Assembly (NCBI GenBank): GCA_029260815.1
Contig: JAJDCN010000130.1
Coordinates: 929 to 64,928 of the forward strand
DNA: 64,000 nt
Origin: Planctomycetota bacterium
GTDB taxonomy: Bacteria > Planctomycetota > B129-G9 > JAJDCN01
Direction: 5' to 3'
Of this stretch, positions 47,719 to 58,400 are shown one piece after another (the stretch's first letter is position 1; every line of letters begins with the position of its first letter). Below the pieces are notes generated by a model. That model did no database searches, was not told where the DNA came from, and saw only the letters and a program-made list of their open reading frames with translations. The position numbers and the translations under genes were made by a program.

Positions 47719-48192
47719 ATGGCAGCGAAAAACTATTGGATGCTCGTGTCGTCCGCGGAGAATTTCGAAATCTCCCGGTCACGCGGGTTCGACGTGGCGG
47801 GCATGAAATCCCGGCACGAAAAGAAAGCGATCAATGTGCAGCCCGGGGACAAGGTCCTATTTTATCTGACCAAGATCATGGCCTTCGGCGGGGCCGCTGA
47901 GGTGACCAGTCCCTATCGCGTGGAAAAAAGTGTGATCTGGCCCTGCTCCAGCCGCAAGGGCGAGATCTATCCGTTCCGCTTCGATATTGAGATGGAAACG
48001 GCCTGCGAGCCCGGGGCCTACGCATCGGTCAAGGAGTTCTACGAGCAGGTCGAGTACCTCAAGAAGTGGCCGGCCCCGCATTGGCGGCTCGGGTTTCAGG
48101 GCAACGTGCATCTGCTGCCGCGGGAGGACTACGTGCTGATCAAGAAAAAAGTCAACGCGGCAAAGCGGCAGGCCGCCAAGGTGGCCGGCTGA
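47719..48192 (+). CDS. EVE (PUA-like) domain protein
   Basis: 157 aa from MAAKNYWMLVSS. 'YWMLVSSAENFEISRSRGF...GDKVLFY' matches the EVE/DUF55 fold pattern. Confidence 0.7.
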   Translation: MAAKNYWMLVSSAENFEISRSRGFDVAGMKSRHEKKAINVQPGDKVLFYLTKIMAFGGAAEVTSPYRVEKSVIWPCSSRKGEIYPFRFDIEMETACEPGAYASVKEFYEQVEYLKKWPAPHWRLGFQGNVHLLPREDYVLIKKKVNAAKRQAAKVAG

Positions 48193-48194
48193 AG

Positions 48195-48518
48195 ATGGGG
48201 CCGAGCGAACCGATTGCGAGCGTCTCGGAGATTCCGCCGGGCACGGCGAAGGTCGTCGAGATCGGCGATATGGAAGTGGCCGTCTTCAACGTGGACGGGC
48301 ACTTCTACGCACTGAACAACGAGTGCCCGCATGAATTGGGTCCGCTGGGCGAAGGAAAAATCCGTGGCGATATTGTGATGTGTCCCTGGCATATGTGGGC
48401 GTTCAACATCAAGACCGGCGTTGCCGTATCCTATCCCGACCAGGTGGCCAAGTGTTACAACATCCGGATCGAAGGCGACCAAATTTACGTGGAGTTGGAC
48501 GATGACGAAACAAATTAG
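48195..48518 (+). CDS. Rieske [2Fe-2S] domain protein (NirD-like small subunit)
   Basis: 107 aa with 'CPHELGPL' and 'CPWHMWAF' Rieske CxH...CxxH boxes. The start is 3 nt after the EVE gene stop. Confidence 0.75.
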   Translation: MGPSEPIASVSEIPPGTAKVVEIGDMEVAVFNVDGHFYALNNECPHELGPLGEGKIRGDIVMCPWHMWAFNIKTGVAVSYPDQVAKCYNIRIEGDQIYVELDDDETN

Positions 48519-49335
48519 GGTCGGGCACAGTCCCGACTCAGACGATGCCTTCATGTTCTACGGGATCTCCACGGAGGCGGTCAGCCTCAAGGGCTACGAG
48601 ATCACCGAGGTTATCGAGGACATTGAGAGCCTCAACAAACGAGCCATGAAGGGCGAACTGGAGGTCTCCGCGATCTCCATCAACGCCTACGCGTTTGTCG
48701 CCGAGCGCTATCTACTCCTGTCCAGCGGGGCCAGCATGGGCGAAGGCTACGGACCGGAACTCATATCGATTCGAAAAACGGAGCCGGAGGAGATCAAGGG
48801 GCGACGGATCGCGATCCCCGGTAAGATGACCTCCGCCTATTTGGCCATGAAGATGTTTGAGCCGGACTTCGAGGCGGTGGAGGTTCCATTCGATGCAGTG
48901 ATGGCCGCGGTCAAGGACGGCACCGTCGACGCGGGCCTGATTATCCACGAAGGACAACTGACCTTCAAGGACCACGGCTTCAACAGCATCATCAACCTGG
49001 GCACCTGGTGGCAGAACCTTACCGGGCTGCCCTTGCCCTTGGGCGGCAATGCGATCCGCAAAGACCTGGGCAAGAAGACTATCGCTGACGTCGCCAGCGT
49101 GCTCAAGGAAAGCATCGCCTACAGTCTGAAGCATCGGGAGAAGGCGCTGGGGTTCGCCATGAAATACGCGCGGGACTTGGATCAAGGGCGGGCCGACCGG
49201 TTCGTGGGCATGTACGTCAACGAGCGGACCCTGGATTATGGCGCCGACGGCCGCAAGGCCGTGCAATTGTTCCTGGACATGGCCCACGAGCAGGAATTGA
49301 TCCCCAATAAGATCGAGGCGGAGTTCACCGACTAA
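48502..49335 (+). CDS. Menaquinone biosynthesis protein of the futalosine pathway (MqnA/MqnD family)
   Basis: 277 aa. '[17 protein letters not shown]' is the family's N-terminal signature, on a periplasmic-binding-protein-like fold. MqnA cannot be separated from MqnD by eye. Confidence 0.75.
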   Translation: MTKQIRVGHSPDSDDAFMFYGISTEAVSLKGYEITEVIEDIESLNKRAMKGELEVSAISINAYAFVAERYLLLSSGASMGEGYGPELISIRKTEPEEIKGRRIAIPGKMTSAYLAMKMFEPDFEAVEVPFDAVMAAVKDGTVDAGLIIHEGQLTFKDHGFNSIINLGTWWQNLTGLPLPLGGNAIRKDLGKKTIADVASVLKESIAYSLKHREKALGFAMKYARDLDQGRADRFVGMYVNERTLDYGADGRKAVQLFLDMAHEQELIPNKIEAEFTD

Positions 49336-49676
49336 TCACGCTCGCCGTGCGTCGCGGTGACGGTGGTGGTGATGCCGCCGCGAACGTTGAACTCGCCGAT
49401 TACTTCCATCCAGCGCGGCTGACAAGCCGCAACAAGGTCGTCAAGGATCTTGTTCGTCACGTGCTCGTAGAAAATCCCTTCATTTCGATAAGCGGCCAGG
49501 TAGAGCTTGAGGGACTTCAGCTCGATACACCGCTTGTCCGGGATGTATTCCACGTAGATCGTTCCGAAATCCGGCTGTCCCGTCTTCGGGCACACGGAGG
49601 TGAATTCCGGGCAGCGGTTCAGAATCTCATAGGACCGGCCGGGGTATTGATTTTCAAACGTTTCCAGTTGGCTCAT
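49332..49676 (-). CDS. queF: NADPH-dependent 7-cyano-7-deazaguanine reductase
   Basis: 114 aa type-I QueF with '[14 protein letters not shown]' (catalytic Cys plus QueF motif) and 'E(S/L)K(S)LKLYL'. Confidence 0.9.
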   Translation of the reverse strand: MSQLETFENQYPGRSYEILNRCPEFTSVCPKTGQPDFGTIYVEYIPDKRCIELKSLKLYLAAYRNEGIFYEHVTNKILDDLVAACQPRWMEVIGEFNVRGGITTTVTATHGERD

Positions 49677-49677
49677 C

Positions 49678-50808
49678 TCAGGGAATCTCGAATACCTTGG
49701 GAAATTTTGTCAAGTTCCGCACGCCCGTGCGTGTTACAACCACCAAGTCCTCCAGGCGGATGCCGCCCAACCCCGGGTAATAGAGTCCCGGCTCCACAGT
49801 CACGACCATTCCGGCGCGAAGCACATCGTCGCTTCGGGACACCCGCGGCGCCTCGTGGACGTCCAGGCCCAGGCCGTGGCCGGTGCCGTGGAAGAATCCG
49901 TGCATCCGGCCGTCGCGCAGGCCGGTGAAATAACCTTCGGCCTCGAAGAAGTCGCGGATGGCTTTGTCGGCGATGCTCCCCTTGCGGTTGTGACGAATTT
50001 CAGCCATGGCGAGGTCCTGGCCATGGCGGATGTCCTTGTACATCTTCTTCAAGTGCGCCGGCGCGACGCCTTTGAAAAAGGACCGCGTGATGTCCGCGTA
50101 ATACATCGTCTTGTGCGAACGAGGGAAGACGTCGAAGATGATCGTAGCGTTGGCGCGAATCGGCCCGTGGCCTTCGTCGTGGGGCTCGCAGCACTGCTCA
50201 CCGGAGGAGATAATCGTGTGGGCTCCGATCAAACCGTTCTGCATCAAGTCCGTGTTGATGATGTTCTTGATCTGCTCGGAGGTGACGCGCCGGCCTTGGT
50301 GATAGATATAGCCCTTCCGAATCTTGCCTTCGCGGATCGGGACCAAGCCCTTTTTTATGGCGGCTTCGGTGTGGCGCAGCGACTGGATGATCTTTTTGAT
50401 TTCATCTTCGGTCTTGAGGATCCGGCTGTCGTGAAAAGGGTCGGGCTTGACGCGAATGCGGAACCCTTTTTTGCGCAACCGATCGGCCGTCGCCACGCCG
50501 AAATGGGCCGGGACCAGCAGCTTCTTCACCTTTCGCTCTTTGAGCAGGGCCTCCAAGGCATCCAGGGTGCCCGGGTTCCGGGTGCCGTTGCTCTTGGCCT
50601 TTTCCATGTACTGGCTAAGGGATTGAACCGTATGGACCTTGGCCTGCGCCTTGGCCCGGTCGATTTCCAGGTCCGAGAGCATGAGAATCTTTCGTCCGCG
50701 GATCTTGACGTAGATAAACGGGTCCGGCGCCAGGAAGCCTGTGTCGTACAACATGTCCGAGTCGGTCTCGCTGCCGGCAATCATCAAGGTTGCTTCGTCG
50801 GAAGCCAT
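49678..50808 (-). CDS. M24-family Xaa-Pro aminopeptidase
   Basis: 376 aa with a creatinase N-terminal domain plus a pita-bread domain. Metal ligands lie in 'DVFPRSH', '[13 protein letters not shown]' and 'EPGLY...IRLED'. Confidence 0.85.
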   Translation of the reverse strand: MASDEATLMIAGSETDSDMLYDTGFLAPDPFIYVKIRGRKILMLSDLEIDRAKAQAKVHTVQSLSQYMEKAKSNGTRNPGTLDALEALLKERKVKKLLVPAHFGVATADRLRKKGFRIRVKPDPFHDSRILKTEDEIKKIIQSLRHTEAAIKKGLVPIREGKIRKGYIYHQGRRVTSEQIKNIINTDLMQNGLIGAHTIISSGEQCCEPHDEGHGPIRANATIIFDVFPRSHKTMYYADITRSFFKGVAPAHLKKMYKDIRHGQDLAMAEIRHNRKGSIADKAIRDFFEAEGYFTGLRDGRMHGFFHGTGHGLGLDVHEAPRVSRSDDVLRAGMVVTVEPGLYYPGLGGIRLEDLVVVTRTGVRNLTKFPKVFEIP

Positions 50809-51747
50809 TCAATCGTTCTCCTTTTTATTTTCCAGCACGGCCCGCGCGTTGCGCGCGAGGCCGGCGTGTTTGGCCCGCTTGATTGCGCTCCCGGAAAAGA
50901 TTTTTGAAAAATCCCTTTCGTCCATTTGAGCGATCGATTCGAGCGACAGTTTAGCATACTGAGGCCGTGCACGGAACCGCTTTTCCCGTGCCGGCGGGGC
51001 GTCGTTGTTCCATGGGCAGACCTCCTGACAGATGTCGCAGCCGAACAGGTGGTCGCCCAGCATTGCAGATTGTTCCGGCGTAAAGTCTCCGCGTTTCTCA
51101 ACATTGAGATACGCAATGCAGCGGTTGGCGTCCAGCGTGTAAGGTTCTAGGAGCGCGTCGGTCGGACAGGCAGTGATACATTCGGTGCAGGTGCCGCAAT
51201 GGTCAGTGGCCGGCGGATCGGTGGGCATGTCGATGGGCGTGAGGATCTGCGCCAGGAAGAGGTAGGAGCCCAATTCCTTGGAGATCACGTTGGTGTTCTT
51301 GCCGATCCAGCCGACCCCCGCGAGCTGAGCATACTCTCGTTCCAGGATCGGCCCGGTATCCACGTAATAACGGATTTCCTTGATCGGCTCCTTGTACGCC
51401 CGCGCGACGAAGTTAAGCAGGGATTGAAGTCGCTTCTCCAAGAGCTTATGGTAATCGTCTCCCGCAGCGTAGCGGGCGATCCGAAAGCCCTGACTCCGGG
51501 GCGGCTCCACGTTGTAACTGGTCGCCACCGAAACGATGGTCTTGGCCCAGGGATAGCGGCTCAACAGATCAGTCCGTGGTTCGCTGCCGACCTGAAGGTA
51601 GCCCATCTGTGCGTGCCGTCCGTTTGCCAGCCATTGACGGAAAAAATCTCCGTGGGGTGCCGGCACTGCCGGCGCGATGCCCACCGCGTCAAAGCCCAGC
51701 TTGATCGCCGCTCGTTTTATTTTGTCCGGAAGTTTCTCGTTGGCCAT
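50809..51747 (-). CDS. queG: Epoxyqueuosine reductase
   Basis: 312 aa with the QueG N-terminus and two 4Fe-4S motifs ('CGTCTECITACP', 'CDICQEVCP'). The stop abuts the peptidase start. Confidence 0.9.
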   Translation of the reverse strand: MANEKLPDKIKRAAIKLGFDAVGIAPAVPAPHGDFFRQWLANGRHAQMGYLQVGSEPRTDLLSRYPWAKTIVSVATSYNVEPPRSQGFRIARYAAGDDYHKLLEKRLQSLLNFVARAYKEPIKEIRYYVDTGPILEREYAQLAGVGWIGKNTNVISKELGSYLFLAQILTPIDMPTDPPATDHCGTCTECITACPTDALLEPYTLDANRCIAYLNVEKRGDFTPEQSAMLGDHLFGCDICQEVCPWNNDAPPAREKRFRARPQYAKLSLESIAQMDERDFSKIFSGSAIKRAKHAGLARNARAVLENKKEND

Positions 51748-51870
51748 ATTGTCCGTGTTGGGGTTATCGTCTTATTTGGTCTCAGTTCACTTAACAGACG
51801 CTGCGGAGAAGCTACCGTAGTTGAGAGAACGTCAGAGGAAAGGCCGCGAAAGAAGATAGCAAGCCATTCG

Positions 51871-52278
51871 CTAATCTTCTGGGCCCACCCCAAAGAATGG
51901 GTTGTAAGCAACCTCCCACAAATGACCATCGAGATCTTTAAAGTAACCTGAATATCCTCCCCATGAAGCTTTCTGCGCTTTTTTGGTAAGGGTTGCACCT
52001 GCCGAAGCAGCTTGCGCAATAACTTCGTTCACCTCGGCTTCCGAAGTGACGTTATGAGCTAAAGCGAAGCTATTGAAACCATGTCCCTCCGGCGAGACCA
52101 TCGCATCCTCCGCGAGCGAATTCCGAGAAAACAAGCCCAACCAACTACCCCGTAAGGTAAAAAACGCAACCTCAGGAGGAGAATCCATTTTCGGAAACCC
52201 CAGCCCGTCCCTGTAGAACCGTGTTGCCTTTTCTAGATCATCTACACCAAGTGTGATCATGCTTATTCTGGGTTTCAT
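51871..52278 (-). CDS. VOC family protein (glyoxalase/bleomycin-resistance fold)
   Basis: 135 aa. 'ISMITLGVDDLEKATRFY' and 'GHLWEV' match the VOC pattern. The local sequence has lower GC. Confidence 0.7.
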   Translation of the reverse strand: MKPRISMITLGVDDLEKATRFYRDGLGFPKMDSPPEVAFFTLRGSWLGLFSRNSLAEDAMVSPEGHGFNSFALAHNVTSEAEVNEVIAQAASAGATLTKKAQKASWGGYSGYFKDLDGHLWEVAYNPFFGVGPED

Positions 52279-52838
52279 ATAGAGCGTCTATCTTTTCTAT
52301 CGTCTGTGTTTCGTCTACGAAAGGCCAGTTGTGTGACCCCACGATTCAGCTTCAGGCAATCAGAGAGCTCCCAATTCGTATCAATTTCGTGCTCTCCTAG
52401 CCATTGAATTCCCGAGCCAATGGCAACTGGAACGATTGTCAAAATAACTTCATCTAGTTGCCCCAATGCATTCAACTGCGCTGCGACATTGGCACCGCCC
52501 ACGAGCCAAATCCGACCGTTGGTTTGCTTCTTCAAATCAATAACAATCGATTCGCTAATTTCACGTAATGGACGAATGTAGGTCAAACCGGTTGCATTGG
52601 ACGTGTTTCGTGTAAAGACATAGCAGGGTTTGTCTGGATAGGGCTTACTTTCAAAGGAACGTGCAACGTCCAAGGTCTTGCGTCCCACCAGAACCGCGGA
52701 AACGGTTTTGTAATATTCTTCGTAGTCGTACGGAGAATCAAGCTTGCCTTGAAACGGATCAAGCCAATCCACCGAGCCGTCTTTTCGTGCTAAGTAACCG
52801 TCTAAACTAATCGCGAGGTAATAACTAATCGTTCCCAT
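52275..52838 (-). CDS. Dihydrofolate-reductase-like protein (RibD C-terminal domain family)
   Basis: 187 aa. 'YYLAISLDGYLARKDGSVDWL' and 'IWLVGGANV' match the RibD_C/DHFR-like fold. Low GC. Overlaps the VOC gene start by 4 bp. Confidence 0.75.
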   Translation of the reverse strand: MGTISYYLAISLDGYLARKDGSVDWLDPFQGKLDSPYDYEEYYKTVSAVLVGRKTLDVARSFESKPYPDKPCYVFTRNTSNATGLTYIRPLREISESIVIDLKKQTNGRIWLVGGANVAAQLNALGQLDEVILTIVPVAIGSGIQWLGEHEIDTNWELSDCLKLNRGVTQLAFRRRNTDDRKDRRSI

Positions 52839-52955
52839 GGGTATCTAGTATAACCTTGAGCAAGCACAAGGCATACCCTTAGTTGCTTTCTAGTGTGTCT
52901 CTCCGGGGGTTCGGTTTTTGTAAATCAAAGCCAGTGCAAGTCCACCAGCACCGAA

Positions 52956-53165
52956 TTAAATACCGAAATAAAGCGTCTCCAGGATGAACCATGTCGTTAA
53001 TGGTTCTATCGCGTGCTTGGCTGCTGCGGCCAGCACGTGCATTGTCCAATAATAGCCGCCCATGACCAGGGCTAGCGTCCCGGCATTGGCGAGATAGGAA
53101 TATGTCATGTTGAAATTTAAAGGCCGGTGCTTTCTACTTAAAATCTGATTCTTTGGCCGGCGCAA
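52956..53165 (-). CDS. Small hypothetical membrane protein (doubtful)
   Basis: 69 aa with one or two hydrophobic helices, in the AT-richer islet. No support beyond the ORF itself. Confidence 0.2.
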   Translation of the reverse strand: MRRPKNQILSRKHRPLNFNMTYSYLANAGTLALVMGGYYWTMHVLAAAAKHAIEPLTTWFILETLYFGI

Positions 53166-53276
53166 AGCAGAAGGATAAAGAGGTTATGAAACCAAACCGA
53201 ATTGTACCCTATGATGTTGAGGAGCAGGCATTGTGGCCCGGTTCTCGAAACGCCCGGCTTTGATATCGTCGGTTGT

Positions 53277-53361
53277 GGTGCGAGAGGGGGGACTTGAACC
53301 CCCACGAGTTGCCTCACAGGATCCTAAATCCTGCGCGTCTGCCGATTCCGCCACTCTCGCC
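53277..53361 (-). tRNA. tRNA-Leu (anticodon UAG), type II with long variable arm, CCA encoded
   Basis: Folded by hand from the reverse complement. The 7-bp acceptor GCGAGAG pairs with CUCUCGC, the anticodon stem CAGGA pairs with UCCUG, the loop UUUAGGA gives anticodon UAG, the T-arm is GGGGG-UUCAAGU-CCCCC, there is a 13-nt variable arm, and the 3' end is ACCA. Confidence 0.85.
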
Positions 53362-53514
53362 GATTTGGAGCGGCTGAGTATATCGCCTATCGGGCGCGAA
53401 GTCAATTGAACCGAGCCTTGTGGGTTAACGCGTTTTCATTTGACGCTTCGGATGGGCCGGATATACTCACCTAAGGTGAGATCCAGTCAAAATCAGGTTC
53501 AGGGCGCGTCAGCG

Positions 53515-54210
53515 ATGAAATATATTGGCATCGAAACCTCTGGAGCGCTCGGCAGCGTTGCCGTCGGAGAGACGGCGGACGAAATTTCCGAGCAGGTCGT
53601 CGGCAAGGGCGGGGCGCAGGGTCGGATGCTGATTCCAACGATCGATGCGCTGCTTTCGACGGTCGGCTGGCAGCGCCAGCAGATCCAGGCGGTCGCGTTG
53701 AGCGTTGGCCCCGGATCCTTTACGGGTCTGCGGGTGGGCGTGGCGGCGGCCAAGGCGCTGGCCTATCCAGGCAAGCTGCCGATCTACGAAATCTCTTCCC
53801 TGGAGGTGCTTGCCCGCAACGCCGAGGTTTCCGCGGGTCTCGTCTGTCCGTTGGTCAACGCGTTTTCCGACCTGCTCTATTGCGGCATCTGGCGCGTGAC
53901 ATCCGATCGGATCGAGAGGTGCGTTGAGGACTTTACCGGTGCGCTGCCGGACGTGCTCAAGCAGATCAAAAAGACACGCAAATCGTCGGAAGCCGTTCTG
54001 ACCTTTGGCAGCGGCGCGCGCCAACAGGAACAAGCGCTCCAACAAGCCGGGATCGACGTGGGCTCAGCGGAACTGGATCTCGCTGGAGCGGGTCACTTGG
54101 TGCGCATTGCCATGGCCACGGGCGATCCGGCGTCGGCGAGCGACTGGTCGCAAGCGGCCCCGCGGTATTTACACCAACCGGAATATAAAACCGCGAAGAA
54201 ACCGAAATGA
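53515..54210 (+). CDS. tsaB: tRNA threonylcarbamoyladenosine biosynthesis protein TsaB
   Basis: 231 aa from MKYIGIETS. 'IGIETSGALGSVAV' and 'VGPGSFTGLRVGVAAAKALA' are the YeaZ/TsaB signature. Confidence 0.85.
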   Translation: MKYIGIETSGALGSVAVGETADEISEQVVGKGGAQGRMLIPTIDALLSTVGWQRQQIQAVALSVGPGSFTGLRVGVAAAKALAYPGKLPIYEISSLEVLARNAEVSAGLVCPLVNAFSDLLYCGIWRVTSDRIERCVEDFTGALPDVLKQIKKTRKSSEAVLTFGSGARQQEQALQQAGIDVGSAELDLAGAGHLVRIAMATGDPASASDWSQAAPRYLHQPEYKTAKKPK

Positions 54211-55409
54211 AAAAGCCTCGCATCTGGGCCGAAATCAATCTGGAAGACCTGCGGCACAATCTGCAGGCGATCAAGAGACACCTGGCGGGCCGGGCCAAGG
54301 TCATGGCTGTGGTCAAGGCCGACGCCTACGGTCACGGGTCGGTCCCCGTCTCGATCGCGCTGTGGGAGTTCGGCGTCGACATGTTTGGCGTGGGCGATTC
54401 CAGTGAAGCGTTGGAGCTGCGCGGTGTGGGAATCAACACGCCGATTGTCATCCTCGGCGGAATCGTCGATGAGGAGATTGAACGCGTGGTCAAGGCGGAC
54501 ATTACGCCGACGCTGCACTCGGTTCAGGTCGGTCAGTTGGTCAATGCCGAGGCCCGGCGGCAAGGCAAAGTGCTCAACGTCCACGTCATGATCGATACGG
54601 GGATGGGGCGGTTGGGCACCTCGCCTCGTCATGCGCTGGAGTTGATTGAGGCGCTGTCGAAGCTTGAAAATCTTCGGTTGGAAGGTATCTGTAGCCACTT
54701 CTCCTCGTCCCCGTTCGACCGGGACTTTACACGAAACCAGTTTGCCGAGTTCCAGCAGGTGGTGGCAGCAGCCGAGACGGCCGGGTATCGCATTCCGATT
54801 CGTCACATGGCGAACTCTGCGGGTTGTCTTCTGTATGAAGAGACGGCGTTGGACATGGTCCGGATCGGCGGCGCCCTGCTGGGCATGGATCCGGCGGGCG
54901 TTTATGCGGAGCAATTTGGATTGCGCCCAATCTTGAGCTTCCGGAGTCAGATCGTTTTTTTGAAGTGGATTCCCAAGGGGTCTCCCGTCGGATACGACCG
55001 CACGTTTATTGCGCCGCGGGATACGCGGGTTGCCACGACACCGGTGGGGTACCACGACGGATATTCCTATTTGTTATCGAATCGGGGATCTGTTATCATA
55101 CGGGGCAGGCGGGTTCCGGTGATCGGCGGCGTGACGATGGACTATACCATGCTGGACGTGACCGATCTTCCGGAGGTGGCGGTGGGGGATGAGATCGTGT
55201 TGATCGGCTCCCAGGGCAACGAGACCATATCTGCGGTGGACGTGGCACAGGTGATCGGCACCAACCCCTACGAGGTAACCTGCCTGTTGGGCAAGCGGGT
55301 CCGGCGGATCCATATCCGCAACGCGTTGCACAGTTCCGCGCCACCTGCCCAAGATGCCGAATCCGTTCCACAGGCCGCTCCGATCCAATACAGGTCTGCC
55401 GACGCATGA
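54207..55409 (+). CDS. alr: Alanine racemase
   Basis: 400 aa. 'AVVKADAYGHG' carries the PLP-Lys motif, and the C-terminal beta domain is present. ATGA overlaps on both sides. Confidence 0.9.
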   Translation: MKKPRIWAEINLEDLRHNLQAIKRHLAGRAKVMAVVKADAYGHGSVPVSIALWEFGVDMFGVGDSSEALELRGVGINTPIVILGGIVDEEIERVVKADITPTLHSVQVGQLVNAEARRQGKVLNVHVMIDTGMGRLGTSPRHALELIEALSKLENLRLEGICSHFSSSPFDRDFTRNQFAEFQQVVAAAETAGYRIPIRHMANSAGCLLYEETALDMVRIGGALLGMDPAGVYAEQFGLRPILSFRSQIVFLKWIPKGSPVGYDRTFIAPRDTRVATTPVGYHDGYSYLLSNRGSVIIRGRRVPVIGGVTMDYTMLDVTDLPEVAVGDEIVLIGSQGNETISAVDVAQVIGTNPYEVTCLLGKRVRRIHIRNALHSSAPPAQDAESVPQAAPIQYRSADA

Positions 55410-58400
55410 AAAAGCGTATTTTGGTTCTTGCCGCAACGCTGTTCTTCGCCGTTGCGGGTTCCGTGATTCTGGATGTTGCGCTTCTCGCCAGCGACGAGCG
55501 GGTTCACGCTCTCGCCGTGGAGGGAATCGAATCGCAGTTGAACGTTCGCGTCGAACTCGAAGCGGCCACCTATCATATCTTTGGCAACGTCGAGCTTTCC
55601 GGTTTGACGCTCCACTCCCTGGACGACCCGGAAGATGCATCTTCCTTCGCGTATCCGAAACACCATGTTCTGCGCGTAGAATCCGCATCGATCCGACCCA
55701 ACCTGCTTTCTCTGCTGGGTGTGGGCAGCCTGGTGCGCGCGGTGATCCTGGACAACGTGGAGCTGCACGTTTCCAAGAACCGCGATGGGGCGGTAAACCT
55801 GGCCCGGCTAATCAAGCCAAGTATTGAGCCGAGCGAGGCGATTGAGCTGCCCCGGATCGTGATAAAGGGGTTTCGTGTTTGGTACGCGGACCTTTCGGAG
55901 AATCCGGAAAACGTGGTTCCCACCGCGTACCCGCCCATCAACCTTTCCCTCCGGCCGCACAAATTGCAGTGGGTCGATGATGCAATCAACGAGCTGTCCG
56001 TGGGCCTGGAGGATCCCTATCTGGGCAAAGTCCTGGTCAAAACTCGATTCAACGGGAATTTTTCACACGTTGAAATGGAATCCGCCAGCGACCAAAACAT
56101 ATTGCTGTTGGATTCAACGCTCCACAAGCTCCTACCGATAGGACCGCGTCGTTTGTGGAGTGAGTTCCAGGTCAAAGGAAGTTTGCACATCGATGAGTTG
56201 TTGCTCACATTGGACAGCCAAGGGCCACGGCCGGTCAAACTGAACGCGAAGTTTCGTGCAGAAAAATGCAGCATCAACAGCGCGCGATTTCCGCTTCCGG
56301 TGCACCACCTCGAAGGTTCTCTTCAGGTCTCACATGGCCGTCTTATTTTCGACGTTGCGGGGCGCTCCGGACCTGCAACGATTCTTGGCCGAGGGGAGCT
56401 TTCCGGTCTCTTGGCGGGGGATCTGCTGGTTGATGCGACCGCTTCGATTGATGGCGCCACCCCTGCCATGATCCGCAAGGCCCTGACCCGCCCGCGGCTG
56501 GAGGCGATCGGCGACGCCAAGACGGCTGCGGCGCGCGCCGCACTGGCGGAGTCCATGACGGAAATCCTTGACCGTTACGATCCGAAGGGTGGGTCTATTA
56601 CTGCGAAAGTGGCGATCAACAACCGGGAAGCCGAGCCGGACGTCATTCACTCAAATTTGACGATGCACCTGAAGGACGTTTCCGGTTCCTACGAAAACTT
56701 CCCCTACCGCGTGTATCACATGGACGGGGAAATCGCCGTTCAGGACGACGCCATCACCATCACGCGGTTGGCGGGAGCGACCCAAGAGGATCTCGCTGCG
56801 GCCGGGCGCGTCTCCATCCACGGTCGGGTGACCGGTTCGGGCGCGGATGAAAACGTGAACGTGGATATCATCTTGAGCGAGATTCCTTTGGACGAGAAGG
56901 TCGGTGGCGGCTTTCTCATGGAGCAGTCCAGAAAGATGTGGGACAACTTCACTCCCCGAGGAATCGCGCAGAACGTAACGGTCAAGGTGCTGCGGGACCC
57001 GAAGGAGCACCCGGAGATCCACACCTCCGTGGTGGCCACCCTGGACGGTCGCGCCTCGATTCGGGCGGGTGAAATCTCCGTTCACATCGAAGACCTGGTG
57101 GGAACGGTGAACGTCGAAAACGACGCACTGGAGTACAAGATAAAACAGGGCCGCTATCGTCAGGCTTCGGTCACTGGCTGGGGGAAGGTGCCGGGTGCCG
57201 AGCAGGAGACACCGGAAAAGCACGAAATCGAGATCGAAAGGGCGCCGCTCGACGAAGCATTGCGCAAGGCACTGCCGCCGGACGCGAAGTCGATCTGGGC
57301 GTTGATCAACCCCGAGGGAAAGATCAATGCCACGTTGCGGATCGACCGGGCGGCCAAAGCGACCGCCTACAAGACCAACTTGATCCTCCGTGCCGAAGGC
57401 GAAGCCTCCTTTGCCTACACGGGGTTTCCCCTCCGGGTTGCAGGCGTACGCGGCGAGATTCGTGTAAGGGATCACTTCATCTCTTTCGAAAGATTGGAGG
57501 GCGTCTGTTACGGATCGCGGGTCTCGCTTTCTGATGGTCGATTTTCCAGCGACCGGGACTTGTCGGACACCGCACAGGTCCATGTTTCGATCCAAGGGTT
57601 GAAGTTGACGGACCCGGTTTATCTGGCGATGCCCAAGGACGTGCGCGAGGCCCTGCGCGATGTGGGTTTTCAGGGAACCGTGTCCGCCGACTTGAAGATC
57701 GACAGCCTCACGGTGGGCATGTCTTCAGGTACGTCCTTGCACGGGACGCTTCAGATCGAGAAGGCCTCCCTCGGACGCCATGGCGAGATTACGGAACTGG
57801 ACGGGACCTTGCACATCGCCGAGAAGAGCTCCTTCGACAACGGTGGCCGGTTTGCCTTCCGCGGCCGATTTGACGGCAAGCGCTTGATGGCGTTAGACCA
57901 ATGGCACATGAACGCACTGCAGTGCACGTTTGACGTAAGCAATGACGAGCTGACATTCGATAATGTTACGGCCGGGTTCTGTGGCGGGACGATCAGCGAT
58001 AGCTACGCGCGCTTTAAGTTTAACGCGACCAACGATTTTGAAGGCGCGTTAAAGCTCAAGGCCGCGGAGCTGAATCAACTAAAAAGAGGGAACAAACTGG
58101 CGGAAAACCTGAAGCCGATTCATGGGAAGATCGATGGTTGGGTCAATTTTGCAGGCCAGGGCTCCGATACCAAGAAGCTGACCGGCGACGGCGGGGTTCG
58201 GGTGACTGAAGCGGAGATTTGGGAAATCCCGATCGTCTTTAACGTTTTGAACTTCCTGGCACTCAAGATTCCGGAAAAGGAATTCATCGAAGAGGCCAAG
58301 GTGAAATTTAAGATCGCCAGCGAAAAATTTTCCTTTAAGGAGTTGACGTTAAATAGCGATAGCGTCTCTTTTTCAGGCAAGGGGCACGTCGATTTCGAAG

